Shown in pieces: positions 53,432 through 64,000 of a DNA stretch of 64,000 bases; the first letter of the stretch is position 1; each line of letters opens with the position of its first letter. Origin of the DNA: Magallana gigas (taxonomy: Eukaryota); NCBI RefSeq assembly GCF_963853765.1, contig NC_088861.1, positions 29,698,001 to 29,762,000 of the forward strand. Reading direction: 5' to 3'. The notes under the pieces are model-generated. The model saw only the letters and a program-made list of their open reading frames with translations, did not search any database and had not been told where the DNA came from. The position numbers were made by a program, and so were the translations under genes.

Positions 53432-55078
53432 ATGTTGACTGAAAATTCAAACATGGCGAATGAAAAAGAAGGAAACGTAAGATACCAGTGTCATGTTCAT
53501 GAGAAAGACTTGATGCCATTACTTTGTAGTGACTGTGAATGTCCGGTTTGTTTTGATTGCCTGACCACTAACCATGCTGGACACAAAATGGGTAAATTGT
53601 CTGATTACATAGACGATAAAATCGATGAGCTAAATGACGTAGTACAGAAAAATGACTCAACGTGTTTTGATGTGAAGAGGATTGAAGAAAATCTACAGAA
53701 AAGACGACAAGAGGGGAAGAAGCAAGTTGAAGAAATGGTGCAGCGAGTCACAGCCACAGAAGAGGAGATAGTGAAAGAAGTAAAAAATGTCTGCCAGCAG
53801 ACGATTGATCAAATAACAAATCTAGCAGCGGAAATCGAAAACCCAATGGTGAAAGATGAACAACTTTTGAATAGTTTTATGTCTTGTAACCTGTTTCGAA
53901 AAGATAGTGATGAAGATTGTATCAAGTGCTTCTTCTTCTACAATAAATTGAAAATGCTCGGCCAAACGTATGGTTCTGGTGGCCAAGAAGGTGTGCCGTT
54001 TACTTTGGTAACACGAGGTTTGTCGACTGAAAAGATCTTTGAACTGGCTAGATCTGATCATAAAGTTACGGACGACCAACTATCATCGGATGAATACTTG
54101 GAACAAAGCGACACACCGACAAACCCCCATGAATTAAAAACATGTAAAGGTGGTATTGAATGCTATGAATATAAGAAGCCGTTTACAGAGGGAGCAATTG
54201 ATAGCATTACATTAATTTCAGGTGACAGAAGTATACTTCGTAGCAAAGATGCGTTATATCACCAATCTAGTACTGCCGTAGAAAAATTGCTAGACAATGT
54301 GGACCATTTTACGTACGTTTCCGAAACGGACGAAATTCTCGTTATACTGAAAGGACAAAGTAAAATTTATAGAAGACCCCTCTCAACGAAAAACAATAGG
54401 CTGTTCTTTTTTATGAGCTTCAGTTACCAAGAAGTTCTTTGCATAGGACATAACGCTACGGCTTATATTGTAGTTGTTTTAAAGGGATTACAATGTTTGG
54501 GGAATACAACTTACATTTGTACTTTAGATGATACCGGATGTGAAACAAAACCCACTCAAACATTTAATTCTTTAATGATGAGATTTGATCGCTTTAAACT
54601 TCTTAAATCTTCGTTTGTGATCATAGACACTTGCACCGTTTCTGTGACGAAAGGATTAACATTTGAAAGCCTGTTCAGTTACAGGGGGAAAATTGGGATT
54701 AACCTGGTATCAACGTTTTCCCCTGCCGATGCATGCACAGATCCAGATGGAAACTACCTTGTAATCGATTCTAATGACAACACAGTCCATATGCTGGATC
54801 AAAATGGAAAATTTTTACGGATCGTCATGTCCGCTGAAGATGGACTAAGAGGAATAAGGTCCATTGAGTTAGACATGTATGGGTGGATTTGGATGGGATG
54901 TAACGATGGAGCTATGCATTTTGTGAATTATCAGCATTTCAAAAGGACAACCCGGAAAGAAAGATATCTGCAAAGACAGAAGAAAATTAAAGCAACAGAC
55001 ATTTCGAAAACTGAAACAAAGCCAGACACGTTTTATTTACAAGAGACAAACACTTCTCAACCAACTCACAGTGACTGA
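53432..55078 (+). CDS. Intronless TRIM-like protein (B-box2, coiled coil, NHL/beta-propeller; no RING)
   Basis: CHVH-x7-C-x2-C-x3-C-x2-C-x4-H-x2-H B-box; coiled coil; NHL-type FSPADACTDPDGNYLVIDSNDNTVHMLDQNGKFLR; second ATG (53453, aacATGG) is the likelier start. Confidence 0.85.
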   Translation: MLTENSNMANEKEGNVRYQCHVHEKDLMPLLCSDCECPVCFDCLTTNHAGHKMGKLSDYIDDKIDELNDVVQKNDSTCFDVKRIEENLQKRRQEGKKQVEEMVQRVTATEEEIVKEVKNVCQQTIDQITNLAAEIENPMVKDEQLLNSFMSCNLFRKDSDEDCIKCFFFYNKLKMLGQTYGSGGQEGVPFTLVTRGLSTEKIFELARSDHKVTDDQLSSDEYLEQSDTPTNPHELKTCKGGIECYEYKKPFTEGAIDSITLISGDRSILRSKDALYHQSSTAVEKLLDNVDHFTYVSETDEILVILKGQSKIYRRPLSTKNNRLFFFMSFSYQEVLCIGHNATAYIVVVLKGLQCLGNTTYICTLDDTGCETKPTQTFNSLMMRFDRFKLLKSSFVIIDTCTVSVTKGLTFESLFSYRGKIGINLVSTFSPADACTDPDGNYLVIDSNDNTVHMLDQNGKFLRIVMSAEDGLRGIRSIELDMYGWIWMGCNDGAMHFVNYQHFKRTTRKERYLQRQKKIKATDISKTETKPDTFYLQETNTSQPTHSD

Positions 55079-56684
55079 TAAACCAACATTTTGATAGTAA
55101 AACACGCACTTTATACACTTCAAACAACATAATAATTGCTTATTGAAAATCAGAACATGTATCTATTGGGTTTCTTATAAGAGTGTTTATTGAAAGATAA
55201 ATTATAACATGTAAACTGGAACATTTATGAAAAAGCGTTTTTATCTCGTACAGAAAACTGTTTATTAGAAAAATGATTTCAAAAACTTCTCTTAACTGGA
55301 TTAGGTCAATTCAGGTTTAGTAAATCGTGAAGCAATGACTATATCAACCAAGTTTATATACGACGTAAAAACTGGAATCTAATGAAATAATGGTAAAGAT
55401 AAATTATTTTTAAGAAAACATCGAGAAATGATTTTTTTCCCGTATGCACTTAGCACTGACTAATCAATGGGTTTTTTTTATTTCGCAATTTATACTTTAG
55501 TTTATTTACACCCTCTGGATATGGTGTTAACAAACGTCTGCCTAACAAATATGCTATAATTCAAACTCGTGTGCTAGAACAATTTCAGTATAGTACAATG
55601 CATGTAATTAATGTTATTTTTTTAAACACGCAATGCAGACTTGACACACAACTGTGATAAATACCTTAAGTTTACCATAACTGATGTCCATTTAAATTCA
55701 GCTGTGTTTAATATTAAATTTGTATTTTTTGTTGTTCGAATGTCTTTAAATGCCACAACCTAAGCAATGTATATGAACTTAGTTTACCTGTAAAAGGGTT
55801 TTTTGAAATATCAAATCAACAACTGAGTGAGTGTTAAATTAATTAATTCTACCGTTACAGCTTACTTTAGTGATATTTTACTGCTTTATTTTTTTTAAAG
55901 TCATCACCAGATTTCCACCATACTGGTTTTAAGCGTTTGTAGAACGTTCTCTCGTTGTTATTGTTTCGATCGTTCTCTATTTGCAACCCTTTTAATTTAA
56001 AAAATAAATTTCATTAAAATTCAATCGAAAATGGATGTAAATATAAGTAATAAAAGATTTGCTTTCGACGTCGTTACATCAATGACTGCGTCAGGTGAGC
56101 AGAAAAGTTTCTAGTGTCATCATGCACTTTTTGAATTGACCCAACAACGTCAAAAACAACATGTCAAATATTCAAATGTTGTTAAAAATTAACCGAAGAA
56201 ATTATGCCAAATCACGATATATATTAATTTATATGTTTACATTCTCCAGTGTATTTGTCGTTGAGAACACTTCGAATTGATTTGTAACGTACAGTTTATC
56301 ACAGATCATCAACGCCGCAAATAAAGTGCAAGACTAGGCTCGCATAAATATCAAATTGAAAATATTATAAAAATATCGATAATTTAATATTTGATTAAAC
56401 AATAACTGAAAAATATATAAAATAAGCAATAAATTATCATTCTTTTAGTATTATGAGTGATTAAATACGATCGGGCGTAATCAAATGTAGACCTTTTTGG
56501 ATTTAATCAACCCCAGCCGTACTGTATTTGACCGCGCCTCATAATACTTATAGAATGTTTTCTTAATTATTCCTTTTAAAATAATCATTTACATTTTCCA
56601 GTGTTTTTGTCTATCTTATGATCTTTTTCCATTTTTATTTATTTTTGTCTTTTTGTGAAACTATATTATAGAAAATGACAATTT

Positions 56685-57130
56685 TTAACCGGGTTTTCCA
56701 ATGGAAAAATCCGGTTATTAAAATGGTGAAAATGGCGGGCGGGCGACAAAAGGGTACCATCATTGTACGGATAACCCCTCCTACAGTTTTCAAGATAGGA
56801 AAGTGTTCTTTTGCAGATCATTTGAACATTTATCAGAGGTGTGAATTTTGCTAAAATTTTGATTTTTGATAATTTATGAAAAAATACCAGCTTTTGAACT
56901 TAGTCATCTTTGGCAAAATATTGCATATAGGGTACTCCATTTCTCTGGATTTGGTAGAATGTGTTTATCAATTTAGGGTTGACATGGATTATGGATACAG
57001 TTCACATAAAAGAAAAACCGGTTTGCTGTCACAGTGACAGCTTTTCACTTGTTAGAAGAATAATTTCAAATTTTGAAGAATGTCAGACACGCGGTTACAT
57101 TCATCAAAAGTAGTGAAATGGCAAGGATTG
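56685..57130 (+). mobile_element. Degenerate Helentron-type (HINE) fragment
   Basis: 5' hairpin TAACCGGGTTTTCCAATGGAAAAATCCGGTTA followed by GGCGGGCGGGCG. Confidence 0.5.
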
Positions 57131-57926
57131 ATTTATTTTCATTTATTATTTAACTAGTCTTTTCTTTAGAGGATTTTGCCCTTTACAGTGGGGTTTGACT
57201 TTATCAAAATATAAAAAAGGTAAAACTTTCCTTTTAATTCTATGTAAATCCTTTCGGATTAACTACCCACCCTTTTCCTCTCTTTAGCAATGCAGAGGAA
57301 AAGATCGTTGATAGAGGTTTTGAGTGCACTTTAATTTCCCATTTACTTGTATTCAGCAAGAACAAAATCAAATCGAACATACCTATGACACATGTATACA
57401 TACATTTAGTTCATTTTTTACGATGTTTTTGTCGACTGTGTGCACTAAAAAATGATGTGTTTTCTTATAAAAACACACTTTTATTTTTTTATTCATAATC
57501 TATCTTTTAAAGCATGTATGTAAAAGTTCAAAGATTTTTTCTCTCCAACAATAATATACTCTACATTAATTTTTCATAGTCAGTCATAGCGATGCTGTCT
57601 GTTATATACAAACGTTATATACCAAAGATCAAAACACAATCTATTATGGAACGCTACAGCTGCGTAAAGACAATGTGCATAGTGCTACAGGTACATGATG
57701 TGGTTCTTTGATGCCGTTTTCATTAGAATGTTATACATGGTACTTTCCCTGTGTTAGGTTAATATATGAAACCTTTTGGTCACTGTTATGTCCAAATGAT
57801 GGTTTTGTATATAAGCCAGTGGGTTTGCTATATACAAAATCTAAAATGATCATTACGTTTATGCGGTAAACTGAACAGTAAATTCTACAGTAACATCAGT
57901 TAGTTCAATTTCAACTTTAAACTTAG

Positions 57927-58149
57927 TACTGTGGAATCATTAGAATTCGTGGTGGCTCAATTTTCGTTGTATTCGTGGGTAGCCCTTCCCCACGAATTTA
58001 CATTCTCGACGAAAACAGATTTTGAAAGAGTTTGTTAATCTTATTGAAACTGAAAACCTACGCATCCACGAAATAACATCCCCATAAATAAGCAAAAAAC
58101 TCACAATCCACTAAAATTGGCCTCAATGAATTTTAATGATTCCGCAGTA
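57927..58149. mobile_element. Tc1/mariner-type MITE
   Basis: TACTGTGGAATCATT...AATGATTCCGCAGTA. Confidence 0.75.
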
Positions 58150-58663
58150 TTTATCTTCTGTCATTTACAACATACATTCAACATTTTAAACTGTTGAACA
58201 TTGTTTTTCCTTTTGTATTTATATTTTACAGTTAAAACATTTTGGAGCAAACCGCTTATAAATATCATAACTTTAATTTTTTTCAAACAATCAATTGGCA
58301 GCTCTATGTGATTATATAAAGCATACAATCCATGGGTCACGACTCAGGCACAACATATTTCAGCCCATTCAACAATTTTGATAACGAACAGATCACGAAT
58401 CGAGTCATCGTCGGTGACCCACGTGTGATTCACATCGATTCTCTCCATCATCACTGAGGAAACTTGTGGACTCAAAACCGTGGTTTGCGACGATGCATGA
58501 GCACTAGACATGGTATACATAGGACGATTAAACAAATGTCAATCATTTTCTATAATCCAATCTGGGGCCTCGATCAATTCAGTTGATTGACAGGGTTACA
58601 CTGACCAGGTAAATTTGAAGGTGGTGCTTATTTTCTTTGTCTTTAGACTGAAACAGAAAACCT

Positions 58664-58841
58664 CATGCGCAGACTTAGAGGGGAGGGGGGCGACCCCCAA
58701 CCCCTGGAAAATAAAAATTTATTTAATTAATACAGCAAAATTGTCGCAAATATGCCTCAGACCACCACACCCCCTACCCGGCTAACACAGTATTATCCTT
58801 CGGACATCCCCCCCCCTGGAAAAATTTCTGAATTCGCGCAT
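58664..58841. mobile_element. MITE, CATGCGCGGATC family
   Basis: CATGCGCAGACTTAGA...TGAATTCGCGCAT; similar to 51304-51494. Confidence 0.7.
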
Positions 58842-58948
58842 ATAACCTGAAGCCTGAATAAAAACTGTTAAATATGTTACATGTACATAATGTTAGTGTG
58901 TGCAATTTTTTTGTTTTCCTTATTTGTAAGTAATATAATTGAACTTAC

Positions 58949-59464
58949 TTTGACATCAAAGTCTTTCTCATGGTAAGTCTTTGTTTGCGTAGAGGCATCA
59001 TTTGTGCTAGATTGATCCAAACGTTTGATCCACGGCTCTTTTTCATGCGGTAAAATAGACCGCTCTGCAGGAGGTTTATCAATTGGTGCAGCCCTAACCT
59101 CAGGGGAATTGAATGGCAACAATCGTCTGATCTTTGGCTTCCGTGGTGTTGGTGTGTTCTTTTGCCTTTCTCGTTTGTTGCTAACAGGTGTACGTAAATG
59201 CGCTTTACTAATAACAGTTTCCTTTATTTCTGAAAATAGTTCGTTTCTCTTCTCGTACAGTTTTGTCAATCTTGTTTTGATATCGTCGTCGATCCTCACG
59301 AGTCTATTAAGTTTATTTACACAAAATTTGCAAACATAATTTTTAACATTTAAACTGAGTTCTTTGAATATTCTTGAGAAATCTTCATGTGTTGACACTA
59401 ATCTATACGATTTTTTATCTTTAATTGTATTTCTACATAAGCCGCATATTTTCTCGGGGTAACA
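58949..59464 (-). pseudogene. Transposon-associated Cys4 zinc finger plus coiled-coil exon, cut from its start codon by an insertion
   Basis: CGLC-x34-CKFC, coiled coil, TPTPRKPK; donor AAA|gtaagt at 58948; 5' part MGGQWRKKVPRKEC at 61972-62014. Confidence 0.7.
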
Positions 59465-61971
59465 AGTGAACTCGGCACCTGGTGAATTTGGCACCTGCGT
59501 AAATAGTGAAGTCGGCACCTGGTAAACTCGGCACCTGGTAAACTCGGCATCAGGAATCTGGTGAACTCGGCACCTCGATATTTTTTTTTATCATAACTAT
59601 AAATAAAACATAGAAGAAATACAAAACCTCGTTATTTTTTTTATTATCATAACTCAGATATAAAAAAAAAACATCGAAGAAACACAAAACCATGATGCAA
59701 TTGAGACAAATAAAAATTTCACGTATTCCGTGAATAAAAGCAGTTAAAAACAACTAACTACAAAGAGGATACTTATGATTAATATAATAATTAAATATAA
59801 AAACGAAGAAATAAGGTAGATTTGTGAACATATTAATATAATTACGTATACATAACATCAGAGGTACTGTACTTAATCATGTGTTATCCAGTGTGTACCT
59901 TGTTTAAATTGCTAAAACAACAAGATGACAGCGGGGTATTCCTAGTATACATGGAAGGGGCTACCAGGTGCTATTAGACGGTGTATTACCCGTACACATA
60001 GAAGGGGTGAGGTACTAATTATGAGGAGGTTAATGTAAATGAAGAGACCCTGTCAACACATGGGCTTCCAATTCAATTCTTTATTCACTCAAGACCAGTT
60101 CACTGGTATTTGAGGTTCAAAATCAGTATATACAAATGTACACGAATACAGTCAAGGATCACATGTACAGTAGAAGTAATAATGACAAAAAAGGTTAAAA
60201 TCACAATACAATAATCACTAAATTAGGCAAGGATTTGGAAACAAGTAAACACTTATATTAATCCGTTTCCTTAAATATAATTTACAAATTATAAATCACT
60301 GAGGTGCCCAGGTTGGAATGTCTTTGTAATCACGTTTACGAAAAATTTACGTCTAAACAAACAATGTGTATGAAAAAAATATGTTATGGGAAAAAAATAA
60401 GATGCAGGGTGAGTAAGATAATAGAAAAGATGTAGGATGTGTGAGAAATGTTTATGTTTGAAAACGTTTTGATGCTGAAATAAATTTGTGAACTGCTTTG
60501 AAAATTGTTTCATTATTTGCTGAAGAAAGATTTGTATCCCCATATAGTAATATGTCGACTTCGGTATGGAAAGGTATAGTATCCAGGTGCAACATTCTTG
60601 CATTGGTATATATAGGGGGCATTCAAGAAGAAAGTGTTAGTTAGTTTCGGGTTTACCGCATGTGCAGAGTGGGTTGTTAACTATATTGCGACAGAAAAGG
60701 TGATGTTTTAAAGTGCTGCATTTTAGTCTAAGCCTGGTATGAAGAATCTGATCTCTTTGCTTTGCTAATATCACAAAATACAACTCTGATTTCTTTTCCG
60801 GAGTCAAGAGCTTTGCCTATGTCATTGGTGATATCTATTAATTGATTAACTGTGGAATCACCAGGTCTGAAGCCTGATTGATTTTCACAAATGATATTGA
60901 ATTTCTGAAAATATTCGTAAATGAAAAATTTTTGAACGATGTAAATTTTAATTGTAGTCACATCGTTCGAAAATTTTGCCAGTAATAGAGAGATTTCCAT
61001 GTTCGGATATTTTCCCTGAAAGAAAAACTGGCAGTTCATATCATAAGTATTGTTTTATATAATTTTTGTGTGTCTTTCTTAAAAACAAGTGTACAAATGC
61101 TTCTTTCTTTCTAAATAATATATAATAATCGTTGTTGTTCTTGAAAGGATTTTAATGAATTAAATTAGACAAAACTGCAAAATGAGTTAATTGAATATAC
61201 AACTACAAGCAATATTATAGTTCACACAGAATCAATAATTTCAGTGGCAAGTGAAAAAGTTGCTCTTTAATGGTAAAAAAAAATGTAGTAAACATACTAC
61301 AATGCAAGAAATTAAGGACATGATAAGAAAATGATTTAAAAACCACAAAATAATCATTTCTGATATTCAATCTGTCTCCTTTAATTATTTCTGCCTATAG
61401 TAATTATTGTATGTATTTTTACTACATTTAGCAATAATGTGGTTATATGGATTAATTGTCTCAATTCATCTTTTAACTGGACCTATTTTCTCCGTAATTA
61501 GCTTGGGAGCGCCTCTGATATGCTCATTGATGAATGTGAATAATATGCGCCAAGATGAAACTAAACTGGTCATATAACAACCAAATGTGCAAATGTTCAT
61601 AAAATTTTCATATTTAGAAAGATAAATTCTTACAAAAATTATATCAATTCAAAATATATGTTAAGCCAGTAGCTAGTGAATTATTTCGTATCAGTTGATA
61701 AATGTGGTCGTAAGTAATAAGTTACATTGAAAAACCCACCTTTCTTACATGATAAAGATGCAGTCGTATACATTGTGTAATCAATTTTTTTTTTCAAAAA
61801 TGTGTGTCTAGAAACAAAGAGATAAATGAATACTATGCAAATGCCGAATTCACCAGATGCCGAGTTTACCAGGTGCCAAGTTTACCAGGTGCCGAGTTTA
61901 CCGGATGCCGAGTTCACTATTCTCGGTGCCGAGTTCACCAGGTGCCGGGTTTACCAGGTGCCGGGTTCACC
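59465..61971. mobile_element. Non-autonomous TIR element with 16-bp subterminal repeats and a near-perfect 4-bp TSD
   Basis: AACTCGGCACCTGGT arrays at 59465-59580 and inverted at 61840-61971; flanks AACA / AGCA. Confidence 0.78.
60067..61005 (-). mobile_element. Internally deleted CR1/L2-group LINE fragment
   Basis: RT motif NQSGFRPGDSTVNQLI...VFCDISKA joined to C-terminal ILHTRLRLKCSTL...CTCGKPET.HFLLECPLY...IFKAVHKFI; 3' tail AATAAAG(AATTG)2. Confidence 0.85.
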
Positions 61972-63653
61972 AGCATTCTTTTCTCGGTACCTTTTTCCGC
62001 CATTGACCTCCCATGTGTATCGACTAACGTATCTCCCAATACAGAAGAGCATCGATAAATGTAAAGGGAGATTTCATTGGATAAGATAAAGGTCAAAGAG
62101 TTTTTGCATATATAATTAAAAGCACACTGTTTTTTCTTGGTGACCCACGGGTGATGATGGAGAGAATCGATGTGAATCACACGTGGGTCACCGACGATGG
62201 TGCTCATGACAATCATGCAATTAACTTATGTCTTTTGATGCTTAATGTGACGCCATGTCTTTTAGCACTATGACAAGAAAAAACTAGTGTTTGACAGAGA
62301 CTAATTTTTCTGCTATTGAAAATAGTAATTAAAAATTTACTTGTACTTGGTTATGTACAATACCAAACGCGCTGATTACCAGCAGTCTGTCAAATTCACA
62401 TGACGCCGATCATCCATGAAAACGTCCTTTTATTAATAAAGATCTTGAGAATATAGAGAACATAGAATTAAATTGAATCAAATATTGCGTCCACGATTTA
62501 TAACCTTAGTTATCATATTTCTTTGAAAATATCATCACGAGCCGAAACCAGAAAGGGAACAAGTACAGACAACTCTGGTACATGCGTAGCTTGTGCACTT
62601 TAGCAGCTGATCCCCAAAGTAATACAAACATACGCTTATCACTATTGAGTTGTAAAAGTCAAAAAGGTTAATATAAAAAGATTTGGCCTCCATTTGCTGA
62701 TTTGACTCCCATTTGGTGGTCAATCGCCCATGTGATACATGTACTTCTAATATGAATTTATCTACCTAATGGTGGTTTAACTTTTTTTCATCTCAAATTA
62801 CATATTTTTGGGCATTATGTCAAATAATAGGACAAGTAATTTGGCAAGTTAATTTTAAAATATTACATTAAATATTCTCTTTTTAACAAATTATTTGTGT
62901 GGGTTTATTGAACATGCATTTAAAAATATGATCACATGACATGGATTGCATGCAGGAGGTCGTTATAAATCAATGTGTCTGTGTTTGTTCATACGACTGA
63001 TTTTTTTCGGAATAGGACATAATCTCAGTTATTTTGACTTCTACTTTCAATTTCATCATATGGAAATTTTCGAAAAATGAAATACATAGAAGAAAAAATA
63101 CAAAACAAAGATCTTCACAGACAGACATACCAAATGGGGGTTGAGTGGGCCGGGGGTCAAACCTGATAAATGGATTTTTCGAAAACTTGGGAAAATGGTT
63201 AAGGATGTCAAATAGAAAGATTACAATTTAAGTAACACATTTGTCTTTAATTTTTAAAGCGCTAAGCATAGCTCAGCGCTTTATTGTCGTTAGACTTCTA
63301 CTTCCGGTGCAAGGAATAACCGCCCCCTATGAACAGAAGTTTACATCATTTAAACTGGTTAGGGAACCAGTTTCAGGAGCTGCACGGGCTAGTACGGGCT
63401 ACTGTGAATTTGATGTACAGGGCTTACATACATCATTGCAGGGGCTGCCACGCAGTGATGAGGAAATATATCGCGTATACAGAAACTAAAATGTTATATA
63501 CATACATGAATATCTTTTACAAACAGAAGCTGGGTTAGCGCTTTTCAGTACTATGAGTACTTTGTTTTAATTATTCTTAGTAACTTGTTATTTTGAATTT
63601 TAATTGTTGATTTAAAAGTTTAAAATTTTTAAATAGGTGTATTTTAAAAGTGA

Positions 63654-63946
63654 GAGCACATGGCTTAGTGGTCATGGGCGTTAGGCCAGTAACCGAAAGG
63701 TCGCTGGTTCAAACCCCGCTGTGGTCAATTGATGTTGTGTGTTGTGCACTTAGACAAGGCACTTTATATACATTGCCACCCAGCTGAAATTGGGTACCAG
63801 CTTACGCTGGGGGTTAACCTGCGATTGACTGGTGTCCCATTCAGGGGGAGTCCAATGACTCTCATCCGCTTAGCACCACGGAAACCTGGGATAAGCACCG
63901 GCCTTATGTGCCTTCATGGCACGGAGAAGGATTTAATTAACTAACT
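63654..63946 (+). mobile_element. tRNA-derived SINE with V-domain-like body, 14-bp TSD
   Basis: A box TGGCTTAGTGG, B box GGTTCAAACC; CCTGCGATTGACTGG..CCCATTCAGGGG central domain; (TAAC)n-like tail; TATTTTAAAAGTGA at 63640-63653 and 63947-63960. Confidence 0.88.
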
Positions 63947-64000
63947 TATTTTAAAAGTGAACAATTTTTTTTAAGTACATGTTTATTGATATATTTGGCC

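Larger units (their letters stand above)
58406..62199 (-). mobile_element. TIR DNA transposon derivative (49-bp perfect TIRs) with an interrupted Cys4 zinc-finger gene
   Basis: CATCGTCGGTGACCCACGTGTGATTCACATCGATTCTCTCCATCATCAC at 58406-58454 and its reverse complement at 62151-62199; GT dinucleotide on both flanks. Confidence 0.75.

Noticed and set aside
58877-59518. 213-aa ORF as a complete gene starting MPTSLF
   Set aside because: The first ~18 residues come from the inserted element's repeats and the tail runs into an intron; the true start is at 62014.
59465-59580. 16-bp repeats as CRISPR or iteron array
   Set aside because: Mirrored in inverted orientation at 61840-61971; they are subterminal repeats of a TIR element.
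61804-62089. Repetitive ORFs (AEFTRCRV..)
   Set aside because: Translations of the 16-bp subterminal repeats.
63256-63543. Possible MITE or snoRNA (AGCGCTAA..TTAGCGCT ends, internal TGATGA)
   Set aside because: Short imperfect inverted repeat, no convincing TSD, and no properly placed C/D box pair.
63654-63722. tRNA gene
   Set aside because: The tRNA-like head continues into a SINE body and tail and is flanked by a 14-bp TSD; acceptor stem imperfect.

Overview
AT-rich, intron-rich animal genomic DNA, most likely an oyster (Crassostrea/Magallana), inferred from the 166-bp Cg170/HindIII-like satellite inside a Helentron-type element and the bivalve-style repeats. The left 39 kb hold the 5' ~80% of VPS13D on the minus strand. 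I traced 53 coding exons by hand with consistent splice phases (about 3,450 codons, from the chorein N-terminus through the UBA domain into the VAB/SHR-BD region); the gene continues beyond position 1. Just upstream on the same strand is an intact, intronless 1,173-aa ORF: Q/N/G/S-rich disordered region, two copies of a Cys2/His2-containing domain, a basic tract, and a C-terminal TatD fold that has lost most metal ligands. It may lie in the first VPS13D intron and share 5' exons with it. An intronless B-box/coiled-coil/NHL (TRIM-like) gene lies at 53.4-55.1 kb (+). The rest is transposon-derived: Helentron-type HINEs, a 6.1-kb foldback element with nested insertions, MITEs, LINE fragments, a V-SINE, a three-level nested TIR element whose interrupted ORF can be reconstructed, and a 1.3-kb nested palindrome with four recombinase-site-like motifs. 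Four VPS13D donors and one acceptor are tandemly duplicated as minisatellites, and one intron is probably GC-AG. Coordinates were read by eye and repeat boundaries may be off by a few bases.
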